From an uncultured Planctomycetia bacterium (lineage in GTDB: Bacteria; Omnitrophota; Gorgyraeia; Duberdicusellales; 4484-171), in the NCBI GenBank assembly GCA_964547735.1, contig CAZJOV010000001.1, positions 5,789 through 69,788 on the forward strand: 64,000 nt of DNA, read 5' to 3'. A model generated the notes under the pieces. The model saw nothing but the letters and a program-made list of their open reading frames with translations. It was not told where the DNA came from and did no database searches. Made by a program: the position numbers and the translations under genes. Positions within the stretch are counted from its first letter, which is position 1; every line of letters begins with the position of its first letter. Below, piece by piece: positions 19,375 to 28,187 of this stretch.

Positions 19375-21119
19375 CAGGTAAAAATCTTATAGAATTTATC
19401 TTTTAAAATCTCTTTAACTTTTTCTTGTAAAAATTTCTCTACTTCTTTAGGGGTAGAAAAATTCAAAGCATGTAAAGCAATCTCTTCCGCTTGCATAAAG
19501 GTTATCTCACAAATTAATTCCTTGACTTTAGGGATAGAAGGAGGAGGCATACTAAACTCATCCAATCCCATCCCCACAAGCAGAGGAGTAAACAAAGGAT
19601 CTCCAGCCATCTCCCCACACATCCCTACCCAGATTCCTTGAATATGGGCGTCTCGGATAACATTCCGGATAAGCCTTAAAACTGCCGGATGTGCTGGCTC
19701 ATAGAGATAAGCTACCTTCTCATCAGCTCTGTCTACCGCTAAGGAATACTGGATTAAATCATTAGTTCCAATGCTAAAAAAATCACATTCCTTAGCTAAA
19801 ATCTCAGCAATTAAGGCAGCAGAGGGCACCTCAATCATTACTCCTACCGCGATATTTTCGTCAAATCTTTTTCTTTCTTTTCTTAATTCCTCTTTACATT
19901 CCTCAAGAATCCTCTTTGCTTCCTTAAGCTCCTCTACTCCTGAAATCATAGGAAACATAATCTTCACATTACCTTCTCCGGAAGCACGCAGAATTGCTCT
20001 CAGTTGAGTTTTAAAAATATGAAGATTGGCCAAACAGAACCTAATTGCTCTCCATCCCAAAAAAGGTGTAAATTCATAAGGGACCTGGGGTTTGGATAAA
20101 AATTTATCCCCACCAATATCTATTGTACGGATAATTACAGAATGAGGCTCTACTTTCCTTGCTGCATTAACATAGGCTTTATACTGTTCATCTTCGGAAG
20201 GAAGCTCCTTCCTCCCTAAAAATATGTATTCGGTACGATAAAGTCCAATACCCTCTGCTCCATAAGTTACCACAGAGGAAAGCTCTTCCGGTAACTCTAT
20301 ATTTGCAGAAAGAATGATTTTTTTTCCGTCTTTAGTTTGAGAGAGGACAGTTTTAGCCAAAGGTATTTTTTTAACGATTATTGACCTTTTCTTTTCATAT
20401 TCTTTTATCCTCTTAGTTGTAGGATTTACATAGACTATTCCTTCAGTTCCATCTACAATGACTGTTTCTCCTCCTTTTATCTTAGAAGTAGCAATCTCTG
20501 TCCCTACTACCGCAGGGATCTCCAAACTTCTTGCAATAATTGCAGTATGGGAAGTTCTTCCTCCTACATCTGTAACAAACCCTAATACATTAGATTTAGG
20601 AAGAAGTGCGGTATCTGAGGGGGAAAGGTCATGAGCAACAATAATTACTTTCTCTTTTATCCCTTCCAAAGACAAAAAGTCTTTCTTAAGAAGTTTGCGC
20701 AACACTCTTTTTGCCACATCTTCAATATCGGTAGCTCTCTCTTTCAAATATTCATCGTCCAACTCTCTGAGGATTTGTGCATATTTTTTAATACTTTGAT
20801 AAAAAGCGAATTCTACATTCACTCTTTGATTTTTTATTTGTTTGATCACCTCCTCAATTAACACTCTGTCTTCTAAAACCAACATATGCGCCTCAAAAAT
20901 TTTTGCTTCTTTATACCCTAAGGAATCACTTATCTTTTTTTGTAAATTAGCAATCTCTCTTCTTGTCTTGATAAGTGCTTCTTCAAGACGATAAATCTCC
21001 CGGGAGATATCGGCATAATCTATCTTTCGGTGAGGAATAAAAAACTCCTCTTTACTAAAATAAAAAGCTTTCCCCTTCACAATTCCCGCAGAAGCCCCAA
21101 TCCCTTTAATCTTAATCAT
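19374..21119 (-). CDS. ptsI: phosphoenolpyruvate--protein phosphotransferase (PTS enzyme I)
   Basis: 581 aa. Phospho-His region GGRTSHTAIIARSLEIPAVVG and the PEP-utilising C-terminal TIM barrel (FSIGTNDLIQY). Confidence 0.95.
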   Translation of the reverse strand: MIKIKGIGASAGIVKGKAFYFSKEEFFIPHRKIDYADISREIYRLEEALIKTRREIANLQKKISDSLGYKEAKIFEAHMLVLEDRVLIEEVIKQIKNQRVNVEFAFYQSIKKYAQILRELDDEYLKERATDIEDVAKRVLRKLLKKDFLSLEGIKEKVIIVAHDLSPSDTALLPKSNVLGFVTDVGGRTSHTAIIARSLEIPAVVGTEIATSKIKGGETVIVDGTEGIVYVNPTTKRIKEYEKKRSIIVKKIPLAKTVLSQTKDGKKIILSANIELPEELSSVVTYGAEGIGLYRTEYIFLGRKELPSEDEQYKAYVNAARKVEPHSVIIRTIDIGGDKFLSKPQVPYEFTPFLGWRAIRFCLANLHIFKTQLRAILRASGEGNVKIMFPMISGVEELKEAKRILEECKEELRKERKRFDENIAVGVMIEVPSAALIAEILAKECDFFSIGTNDLIQYSLAVDRADEKVAYLYEPAHPAVLRLIRNVIRDAHIQGIWVGMCGEMAGDPLFTPLLVGMGLDEFSMPPPSIPKVKELICEITFMQAEEIALHALNFSTPKEVEKFLQEKVKEILKDKFYKIFT

Positions 21120-21375
21120 TCTTCTCCAAAAATCTTCTTAACTGATGAAATGCTAAGCTTGCTTCTTTACCTTCCACAGTTAACTTTATCCTGGCTCCTT
21201 TATTTATTCCCAGACTTAAAATGGCAATAATCGACTTCCCATCGACTACCTTTCCGTCTTTTTCTATTGCTACAGAAACATCATACTCGGAGGCTATTTG
21301 AACAAACAAAGCAGCAGGACGCGCATGTAAACCTTGGGGATTCCTTACAATTATCTCTTTTTCCACTCTTTCCAT
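21112..21375 (-). CDS. ptsH: phosphocarrier protein HPr
   Basis: 87 aa. The active-site His context is GLHARPAA. The Ser-46 region KS......LG is present. Confidence 0.9.
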   Translation of the reverse strand: MERVEKEIIVRNPQGLHARPAALFVQIASEYDVSVAIEKDGKVVDGKSIIAILSLGINKGARIKLTVEGKEASLAFHQLRRFLEKND

Positions 21376-22619
21376 CCTCTCCTATACCCATTATATAACT
21401 CAATAATACAACGTGCGGTCTTGTAAGGATCGTGTCTTAAATAATCATGATGGCTGATAATATCTTTCTCTATCACTAAAATCCCTTTTTCCTTTATACG
21501 ACGGATATCAGAAACAACAGGAAAAGACTTCTCTTGGGCATACTTTATAAGAAGTTCTTGGCTTAATCTTCCACAATTTACTAAACATACATTCATAATC
21601 CCCTCACCGGTATGAGAAATAATTGTCTCTATATGGTCAAAAGCGGTAAAATTATCTGTCTCTCCATGCTGGGTCATCACATTGCAAATATAAATTTTTA
21701 AAATATCTTTACGTTGACAAATGCTCTTTTTAATATCTTCAATTAAAAGATTAGGCAGGATACTGGTAAATAAACTGCCGGGACCCAGAATGATAATATC
21801 CGCCTCTTTTATTGCTTCTATCGTCTGAGGAAAAGCTTTTACATGAGGAGGGATGAGAAATATTCTTTTAATTGGCTTTTCTTCTTTAGGAATTTTATCT
21901 TCTCCTTCTTTGGTAGAACCATCAATGTATTCTGCTTTTAATCTTACCTTCTCTAAACTTGCGGGTAAAACCTTCCCTCTTATCGCTAATACTTTACTGG
22001 ATTCCTCTACCGCCCCCTGAAAACTTCCCGTAACATCCGCTAAAGCAGTAATTAAAAGATTTCCGAAACTATGTCCTTTTATACCATCGCCTTCTCTAAA
22101 TCGATATTGAAAAAGGTCGCGCATAAGTTGAGGGGCTTCTGCTAATGCTACCAAGCAATTTCTTATATCTCCTGGAGGAAGGATACCAAATTCCTCACGC
22201 AACCTTCCTGAAGAACCTCCTTCATCAGCTACAGTAACAATAGCGGTAATATTAGAGGTGAACTCTTTCAGTCCCTCAAGAATTGTTGAAAGGCCTGTCC
22301 CTCCTCCAATAGCAACAACTTTTGGCCCTCGGGATAAATATCTTTTTTCATAAATGATATCAATCAATTCTTTATTCTGATAAGGAACAATCGCTTTAAA
22401 AAAACTATGAATGAGTAAAGTGGTTCCCGTAATGAAAAAAAATACCCCCAGACTGAACAAAACAACATAAAAAGTTTTCCATAGTATAAAAGAACTGTAA
22501 GAGATATAAAAAGAAGAAATAAAAATTAAAATAATCCCCAAGCTTAAAAGGATTACCCATCTTTTTATTCGCAGGCCCGGATAGAACCACTTTATGAACT
22601 TAGCATACCTCCTCATCAC
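21351..22619 (-). CDS. YvcK/UPF0052 family gluconeogenesis-factor homolog (CofD-like) with N-terminal two-helix membrane anchor
   Basis: The core VVAIGGGTGLST.L.GLK......TAIVTVADDGGSSGRLR...G..PPGD.RNCL.AL is the YvcK/CofD signature. The first ~75 aa contain two hydrophobic helices that typical ~320-aa YvcK lacks. Confidence 0.8.
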   Translation of the reverse strand: MMRRYAKFIKWFYPGLRIKRWVILLSLGIILIFISSFYISYSSFILWKTFYVVLFSLGVFFFITGTTLLIHSFFKAIVPYQNKELIDIIYEKRYLSRGPKVVAIGGGTGLSTILEGLKEFTSNITAIVTVADEGGSSGRLREEFGILPPGDIRNCLVALAEAPQLMRDLFQYRFREGDGIKGHSFGNLLITALADVTGSFQGAVEESSKVLAIRGKVLPASLEKVRLKAEYIDGSTKEGEDKIPKEEKPIKRIFLIPPHVKAFPQTIEAIKEADIIILGPGSLFTSILPNLLIEDIKKSICQRKDILKIYICNVMTQHGETDNFTAFDHIETIISHTGEGIMNVCLVNCGRLSQELLIKYAQEKSFPVVSDIRRIKEKGILVIEKDIISHHDYLRHDPYKTARCIIELYNGYRRGWKEWKKR

Positions 22620-22631
22620 ACTTTTTATTTT

Positions 22632-23108
22632 CTATTCTACTAATGATTGTTGTCGACGAAGTAAGGAGATGATTTCTTCCTGTTGTGAGACTTCTTTTAG
22701 CCTCTGGATAAAATATTTATCTTTCAACATTCTCGCCAGCAAAGCTAAAATCTTCAGGTGGAGGCCAGCTTCTTTATGATGAGAAAGAAGAAGTGCGATA
22801 ATATATACAGGTTCTCCGTCTAAAGAGTCAAAATTTATCCCTTGAGAGGAAACACCTAAACACAAAATGACCTTTTTGATATTTTCTAAACGCGCATGAG
22901 GTAGTGCTACCCCTCCTCCAATAGCGGTAGAACCCATCTCTTCTCTTTGCAATAAAGTCTTTATTATCTCCTTCCTATATTTTTTATCTACTTTTTTTGT
23001 GGAAATAAGATGGTCAACAAGAAAGGTTATAATATTCTTCTTGCTTTTTCCTTTTATTTTAAAAAGAATATCCTTCTTATCTAGGTACTCCAAAATATCT
23101 ATATGCAT
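22632..23108 (-). CDS. ptsN: PTS EIIA (fructose/mannitol/Ntr type), PtsN-like regulatory IIA
   Basis: 158 aa. The phosphorylatable His context is GVALPHAR, which is the EIIA-Ntr/Fru family signature. Confidence 0.85.
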   Translation of the reverse strand: MHIDILEYLDKKDILFKIKGKSKKNIITFLVDHLISTKKVDKKYRKEIIKTLLQREEMGSTAIGGGVALPHARLENIKKVILCLGVSSQGINFDSLDGEPVYIIALLLSHHKEAGLHLKILALLARMLKDKYFIQRLKEVSQQEEIISLLRRQQSLVE

Positions 23109-23121
23109 TCTTCATCTTTTA

Positions 23122-23196
23122 AGCGGGCGAGGGGAATTGAACCCCCAACCTTCACGTTGGCAACGTGACGCTCTAGCCAGATTGAGCTACGCCCGC
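23122..23196 (-). tRNA. tRNA-Gly (anticodon GCC)
   Basis: The reverse complement reads GCGGGCGTAGCTCAATCTGGCTAGAGCGTCACGTTGCCAACGTGAAGGTTGGGGGTTCAATTCCCCTCGCCCGCT. The acceptor stem is 7 bp, the anticodon loop is TTGCCAA, and the T-loop is GGTTCAATTCC. No CCA is encoded. Confidence 0.9.
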
Positions 23197-23238
23197 ACTT
23201 CTCTAATCTGTAATTTGTAATCTATAATTACTCTCCTC

Positions 23239-23321
23239 TGCGGACGGGGAGATTTGAACTCCCACCCTCCTTAAGGACAGGATTCTAAGTCCTGCGCGTC
23301 TGCCAATTCCGCCACGTCCGC
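23239..23321 (-). tRNA. tRNA-Leu (anticodon TAG), long variable arm
   Basis: The reverse complement reads GCGGACGTGGCGGAATTGGCAGACGCGCAGGACTTAGAATCCTGTCCTTAAGGAGGGTGGGAGTTCAAATCTCCCCGTCCGCA. The anticodon loop is CTTAGAA. It has a class II variable arm and the acceptor ends pair. Confidence 0.9.
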
Positions 23322-23615
23322 AAAATAAAAAGTAAGCACTTTGATGAGTTTCTATCTTATAAGCCCCCAGACTCGAACTTGTCGCTTCGCTCCTCATAAA
23401 GGGAAACCCACAGTTTCCCTCTCTGACGTCCCGTCTTTTCCTTAAAAAGGACAGGGCGGCCACTCCCTTCCCCTACAAAGAAGCATAAATAATTTGAGGA
23501 GAAATACTTTTCCCTCAAACTCCCTTTGCGAGTTCTCATTTCTTATATTTTTTCTCATTATCAAATATATTTTTCAAACTTCTAAACTTTTGATTTTAAC
23601 CTTAAACTAACTTAT

Positions 23616-23688
23616 TGAGCCGCCCGAGACTCGAACTCGGCACTCCCGGCTTAAAAGGCCGGTGCTCTACCTGCTGAGCTAGCGGCTC
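23616..23688 (-). tRNA. tRNA-Lys (anticodon TTT)
   Basis: The reverse complement reads GAGCCGCTAGCTCAGCAGGTAGAGCACCGGCCTTTTAAGCCGGGAGTGCCGAGTTCGAGTCTCGGGCGGCTCA. The anticodon loop is CTTTTAA. It overlaps the frr stop codon by 2 nt. Confidence 0.9.
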
Positions 23689-24247
23689 AAAACTCTCTTA
23701 ACTCTTTCTCTTTTCCTTCTAAGACCCTACCTATCTCTTCAATATATTTATCGGTAAGTTTCTGTAATTCATCTTCTAAGCGATATCGTTCATCCTCAGA
23801 AATCTTTTTCTCTTTCTCCATCCTTCTTATATCTTCTTTTGCCTCTCTTCTTACTGTTCTTATCGAAATTCTTCCTTCCTCAGCAATTTTTTTGGTCAAT
23901 TTAATCAACTCCTCCCTTCTCTCTTCAGATAAGGCAGGAATTACCAGTTTCAAAATTTTACCATCTATAATAGGAGTTATTCCCAAGTTACTTTCTAAAA
24001 TTGCCTTCTCTATTGTCTTGAGTGAATTAGGATCCCAAGGATTAATAACCAAAAGTCTTGCCTCCGGAACAGTAATAGTAGCAATATTTTTAAGCAAGGT
24101 AGGTGTGCCATAGTAATCTACTCTTATCCCCTCCACTAATTTAGGATTAGCTCTTCCGGAACGTATCTCTCCAAATTCTCTTTTTATTACTTCTACTGTT
24201 TTTTGCATTTTTCCTTCTACTTCCTTCAAAAATTGTTTAACTACCAT
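23687..24247 (-). CDS. frr: ribosome recycling factor
   Basis: 186 aa. It has the typical RRF pattern (R.GRANP.L...I.V.YYG..TPL, LSEERRKEL.K). Confidence 0.9.
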   Translation of the reverse strand: MVVKQFLKEVEGKMQKTVEVIKREFGEIRSGRANPKLVEGIRVDYYGTPTLLKNIATITVPEARLLVINPWDPNSLKTIEKAILESNLGITPIIDGKILKLVIPALSEERREELIKLTKKIAEEGRISIRTVRREAKEDIRRMEKEKKISEDERYRLEDELQKLTDKYIEEIGRVLEGKEKELREF

Positions 24248-24249
24248 TT

Positions 24250-24960
24250 TTAATTAATAACTGTGCCTATTTTTTTCCCTAAAATTACTTTTTTAAGATT
24301 CCCCTTACAGGTAAAATTAAATACTACAATAGGAATGGAATTCTCTTTGCATAAAGCGATGGCTGTAGAATCCATTATTCCCAGACTCTTCTTAATCACC
24401 TCCACATAACTCAATTTTTTATAAAAGATTGCTTTTTTATTTTTTAAAGGATCGTCAGAATAAACTCCATCAACCTTCGTTCCTTTAAGAAGTACCTGAG
24501 CTTTTATCTCTACACTCCTTAAAGCAGCGGCTGTATCTGTGGTAAAGTAAGGGTTGCCGCTTCCAGCAACAAATATTACCACTCTCTTTTTCTCCAAGTG
24601 TCTAATTGCTCTTCTTCTTATGTAAGGCTCAGCTATCTGAGGCATAGGGATAGCAGTCATTACTCTTGTGGGAATACTTATATTCTCTAAAGCACTCTGC
24701 AGAGCCAAACCATTAAGCACTGTGGCTAACATCCCCATATAATCAGCTACCGTGCGCTCTATATGGAACTGCTTAGATTCTCTTCCTCGAAAGATATTTC
24801 CTCCTCCCACCACCAAAGCAACCTCCACCCCTAATTCCACTATCTCCTTAATTTCTCCTGCCAGATGCAAACATTCCTTACTATCAATTCCGTATCTTTC
24901 TTCTCCTAAAAAAGCTTCTCCACTTAATTTCAGAAGAACTCTTTTCAACTTAGGTTTCAT
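24250..24960 (-). CDS. pyrH: UMP kinase
   Basis: [10 protein letters not shown]......GID and VV.GGGN..RG are the amino-acid kinase family / PyrH signatures. Length 236 aa. Confidence 0.9.
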   Translation of the reverse strand: MKPKLKRVLLKLSGEAFLGEERYGIDSKECLHLAGEIKEIVELGVEVALVVGGGNIFRGRESKQFHIERTVADYMGMLATVLNGLALQSALENISIPTRVMTAIPMPQIAEPYIRRRAIRHLEKKRVVIFVAGSGNPYFTTDTAAALRSVEIKAQVLLKGTKVDGVYSDDPLKNKKAIFYKKLSYVEVIKKSLGIMDSTAIALCKENSIPIVVFNFTCKGNLKKVILGKKIGTVIN

Positions 24961-25472
24961 TCTCCTAAAGAGAACCTTACAAATCTTTTTATTACAATAT
25001 TCTCTTTAGTCTGAGAGATTACTTCCTTAAGATAATCTTCTACTGTCTTTGAGGTATCCTTAACGAAAATTTGGCTTAAAAGACAATTCTCTCTAACAAA
25101 TACATCTTTATCCTCAACTTTTTCTAAAACTTCTTGAGGTATCTCTTCTTTGGTTAAATATTTAGGGTTAGCCGCAGCAACCTGCATGGCAATATCTTTA
25201 GCAAAATTTCTGAAGACTTCTGTACGGGCAACAAAATCTGTCTCACAATTAATCTCTACCAAAGCCCCTAAATTTCTTCCAAAATGCACATAAGCATCAA
25301 TTACTCCTTCTTTAGTCTGTCTTCCTTTCTTCTTCTGGGAAATTTGGACGCCTCTTTCTTTGAGTATTTTCAATGCCTTATCTAAATCACCTTCTGCCTC
25401 CTCCAACGCCTTCTTGCATTCCTTAACTCCTGCCGAAGTCAACTCTCTTAATTCCTTTATCTTCTCAATCAT
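24957..25472 (-). CDS. tsf: elongation factor Ts (short form, 171 aa)
   Basis: The N-terminal UBA-like motif LR..T.AG...CKKAL.E..GD...A is the EF-Ts signature. It is in the conserved rpsB-tsf-pyrH-frr order. It is shorter than most EF-Ts and lacks part of the dimerisation/coiled-coil subdomain. Confidence 0.8.
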   Translation of the reverse strand: MIEKIKELRELTSAGVKECKKALEEAEGDLDKALKILKERGVQISQKKKGRQTKEGVIDAYVHFGRNLGALVEINCETDFVARTEVFRNFAKDIAMQVAAANPKYLTKEEIPQEVLEKVEDKDVFVRENCLLSQIFVKDTSKTVEDYLKEVISQTKENIVIKRFVRFSLGE

Positions 25473-25503
25473 TGGCTACCCCTTTCTTTTTCTAAGCGAT
25501 TTC

Positions 25504-26295
25504 TTACTCAATTTCTTTTTCTTCTTCAATAATTTTTTCCTCCAACTCCTCAGGCTTTTCTACATCGGGCTCATCTCCTTCTTTCTTCTCTTCTTTACTC
25601 GCCAATGGAGATTCCCTCTTTCCCTCCAAGATTGCCTCCACAATTAATTGAGTAATAAATCCTACTGATCTTATAGCATCATCATTACCCGGAATAGGAT
25701 AATCAATAACTTCCGGATCTGAATCGGTATCTATCAATGCTACCACAGGGATAGACAACCGACTTGCCTCCCGGATACATGTATTTTCTCTTTTAGGGTC
25801 TACCACATAAATACACTCCGGCAAATCTTCTAAAGTTGTTACTCCCGAATAAAGCTTTTCCATTCTCTCTAATTCCCGATTTAACCTCACCACTTCTTTA
25901 TGAGGAAGTTTATCAAATTCACCCTTTTCTTTTTTTTCCTTAAGTTCCATATATTTTTTTATTCTCTCCTTAATAGTAACAAAATTCGTTAAGAATCCCC
26001 CCACCCATCGCTCAACAATGTAGGGCATCTGACAAGAAGAGGCTAATTCTTTTATTGTATCCTGAAGTTGCTTTTTTGTTCCCACAAATAGAATTTTTCC
26101 TCCCCGCTTGGCTATGTCTTTAACGAATTCTTTTGCCCTCTCCAAATTTTTCACTGTTTTCTCTAAATCAATAATATAGACGTTCTTCTTTTTTCCAAAA
26201 ATAAATTTCTTCATTTTAGGATTCCAGTGTTTGCTTAGATGTCCAAAATGGACCCCATGTTCCAGAAGCTTTTGAATAATTTCAGGTAAAGCCAT
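25504..26295 (-). CDS. rpsB: 30S ribosomal protein S2 with acidic C-terminal tail
   Basis: LLEAGVHFGH....WNPKM..FI and the GG.LTN motifs. The C-terminus is Glu/Lys-rich. Confidence 0.95.
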   Translation of the reverse strand: MALPEIIQKLLEHGVHFGHLSKHWNPKMKKFIFGKKKNVYIIDLEKTVKNLERAKEFVKDIAKRGGKILFVGTKKQLQDTIKELASSCQMPYIVERWVGGFLTNFVTIKERIKKYMELKEKKEKGEFDKLPHKEVVRLNRELERMEKLYSGVTTLEDLPECIYVVDPKRENTCIREASRLSIPVVALIDTDSDPEVIDYPIPGNDDAIRSVGFITQLIVEAILEGKRESPLASKEEKKEGDEPDVEKPEELEEKIIEEEKEIE

Positions 26296-26334
26296 AACTT
26301 CTATATTATATTATAAATTTTTCTATTATCAACA

Positions 26335-28125
26335 CTAAAAGTTCTGCCAATGGTAAAATTGACTGTATGTACCTTTTCTCTCCAAAAGAGCCGTATGTGT
26401 GCCTATTTCTATAATCTGGCCTTTTTCCATCACTACAATTTTAGTTGCTTTCTTTACTGTAGAAAGTCGGTGGGCAATAATAAATACTGTCTTATCCTTC
26501 AGAAGGTTGCCTAAAGCATACTGGATTAACCTTTCAGATTGAGAATCGAGTTGACTGGTTGCTTCATCGAGGATTAATATAGGTGCGTTTTTTAAAATAG
26601 CCCGGGCAATAGCAATACGCTGCCTTTCTCCTCCGGAAAGATTACATCCTCTCTCCCCAATTATGGTATCAAACCCTCGAGGAAGCCTCATTATAAACTC
26701 ATAGGCATAAGCTTTTTTTGCTGCTTCAACAATCTCATCAAAATGGACATCTTTTCTCCCATAAGTAATATTGTTTCTTACTGTATCATTAAAAAGCACC
26801 ATCTCCTGTGAAACTACTGCAAAAAGGTTTCTTAAGGATTTAATCTTTAAATCTTTAAGGTCATCTCCATCAATAATAATCCTTCCTTGGGTAGGATCGT
26901 ATAATCGGGGCAGAAGGCTTACCAGAGTCGATTTTCCTGCTCCCGAATGTCCTACAAGAGCAACTATCTCATTTTTTTCTACCTTAAGATTTATATCCCT
27001 TAAAGCATATTCAGAAGAATTAGGATAATGAAACCAGACATTCTCAAAAATTATCTCCTTTTTAAACTCTCTTATCTCTTTTGCTTTTGCGCTTTCTTTT
27101 ACTAAAGGTTTCTCTTCTAAAATTTCATATATTCTTTCTGAAGCAGCTAATGCTTTCTGGTTAATAGAATAAACTCCCGAGAGTTTCTTAAATGGTCTAA
27201 TCATACTCATCAAAGACCCCATAAAAAGGCCAAAAACTCCAAAAGATAACTTACCAGAAATAACCTCTTCTCCAGCGATTAGAAGAATAACTACTGCCCC
27301 TAATGCTCCCATAAATTCTGTAAAAGGAGAAAGGATAAGAGTTCTTTTTAAATTTTTTAAAACATACCTGTAATATTGAAAATTTATTTTCCTAAATTTC
27401 CTTATCTCCTCTTCCTCCCAATTAAAAACTTTCACAATATAGGCTCCCTGAATAGTTTCATTAAGGTGAGAATTTAAATCCGCCATCTTTTTTTGGATTT
27501 CTGAAGAGTATCTTTTTATTTTTTTGCCTATCTTTAATACAGAAAAAACAATTACAGGAAAAAGAACAAAGGAAATAAGTGCTAGTCGCCAGTGAATATA
27601 AAAAACAACAAAAGTAAAAAGAATAATTTGTAAAGAAGAATAAATCAAATCCGTCAATCCATAAGAAATAGCATGGGTGATAAAACCTACATCATTGGTA
27701 ATACGTGAGATTAACTCTCCTGTTCTTTTTCTTCCATAAAAGTCTAAAGATAACTGGTGTAACTTCTCATAAATTTTATTCCTTAATTCTTTTACACATC
27801 CTTCCCCTACCACCGTCATTAGATAATTTTGAAAAAAGAAAAAGATTCCTTTAAGAAAAAAAAGGATAACTATAACTATTACCATTCCTTTAAGAACAAC
27901 TAAAGGTGAAAGGGTATTAAGTCTTTCTATGAGATCCTCTAAAAACATAGGTACTTTTACAGGAAGAATTATTCGCTTGTTGGTAAGGACTCTGTCGGAT
28001 AAAGGAATAATCATCCCCAAAGATATTCCATTAAAAAGAGTGGAAATCAACATACATCCTATAGCTAAGACGAACCACCCTATATAAGGTCGGATAAATT
28101 TTAAAAGTTTAAAATATTCCTTCAT
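26335..28125 (-). CDS. msbA: ABC transporter, fused permease/ATPase, MsbA-like lipid A exporter
   Basis: A 6-TM N-terminal domain, then an NBD with Walker A GHSGAGKST, the signature LSGGERQRIAIAR and Walker B ILILDEATS. It lies among LPS genes. Confidence 0.8.
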   Translation of the reverse strand: MKEYFKLLKFIRPYIGWFVLAIGCMLISTLFNGISLGMIIPLSDRVLTNKRIILPVKVPMFLEDLIERLNTLSPLVVLKGMVIVIVILFFLKGIFFFFQNYLMTVVGEGCVKELRNKIYEKLHQLSLDFYGRKRTGELISRITNDVGFITHAISYGLTDLIYSSLQIILFTFVVFYIHWRLALISFVLFPVIVFSVLKIGKKIKRYSSEIQKKMADLNSHLNETIQGAYIVKVFNWEEEEIRKFRKINFQYYRYVLKNLKRTLILSPFTEFMGALGAVVILLIAGEEVISGKLSFGVFGLFMGSLMSMIRPFKKLSGVYSINQKALAASERIYEILEEKPLVKESAKAKEIREFKKEIIFENVWFHYPNSSEYALRDINLKVEKNEIVALVGHSGAGKSTLVSLLPRLYDPTQGRIIIDGDDLKDLKIKSLRNLFAVVSQEMVLFNDTVRNNITYGRKDVHFDEIVEAAKKAYAYEFIMRLPRGFDTIIGERGCNLSGGERQRIAIARAILKNAPILILDEATSQLDSQSERLIQYALGNLLKDKTVFIIAHRLSTVKKATKIVVMEKGQIIEIGTHTALLERKGTYSQFYHWQNF

Positions 28126-28187
28126 TCTCGCTAAATTCTATCATATCCGTTGACTTTTCTCAAGCTCTTTGATAAGATACACCCAAA
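28126..28187. promoter_or_regulatory. divergent promoter region between msbA (-) and oxidoreductase-lpxB (+)
   Basis: It is a 62-nt gap between two divergent starts. I did not resolve boxes. Confidence 0.3.

Noticed and set aside
22999-23220. 73-aa plus-strand ORF
   Set aside because: It overlaps the ptsN 5' end and tRNA-Gly on the opposite strand. It has no start context and no homology.
23361-23385. tRNA-like T-loop GTTCGAGTC that could indicate a fifth tRNA
   Set aside because: The T-stem pairs only 3/5. No complementary acceptor 5' strand, D-arm or anticodon arm could be assembled within 120 nt. It is at best a remnant.
23203-23539. two minus-strand ORFs (86 and 60 aa) in the tRNA cluster
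   Set aside because: They overlap tRNA-Leu and each other, have an Arg/Gly-rich low-complexity translation, and the region has RNA-like hairpins. I treated the region as non-coding (see the finding at 23322-23615).
26771-27028. 85-aa plus-strand ORF
   Set aside because: It is antisense inside the msbA NBD.
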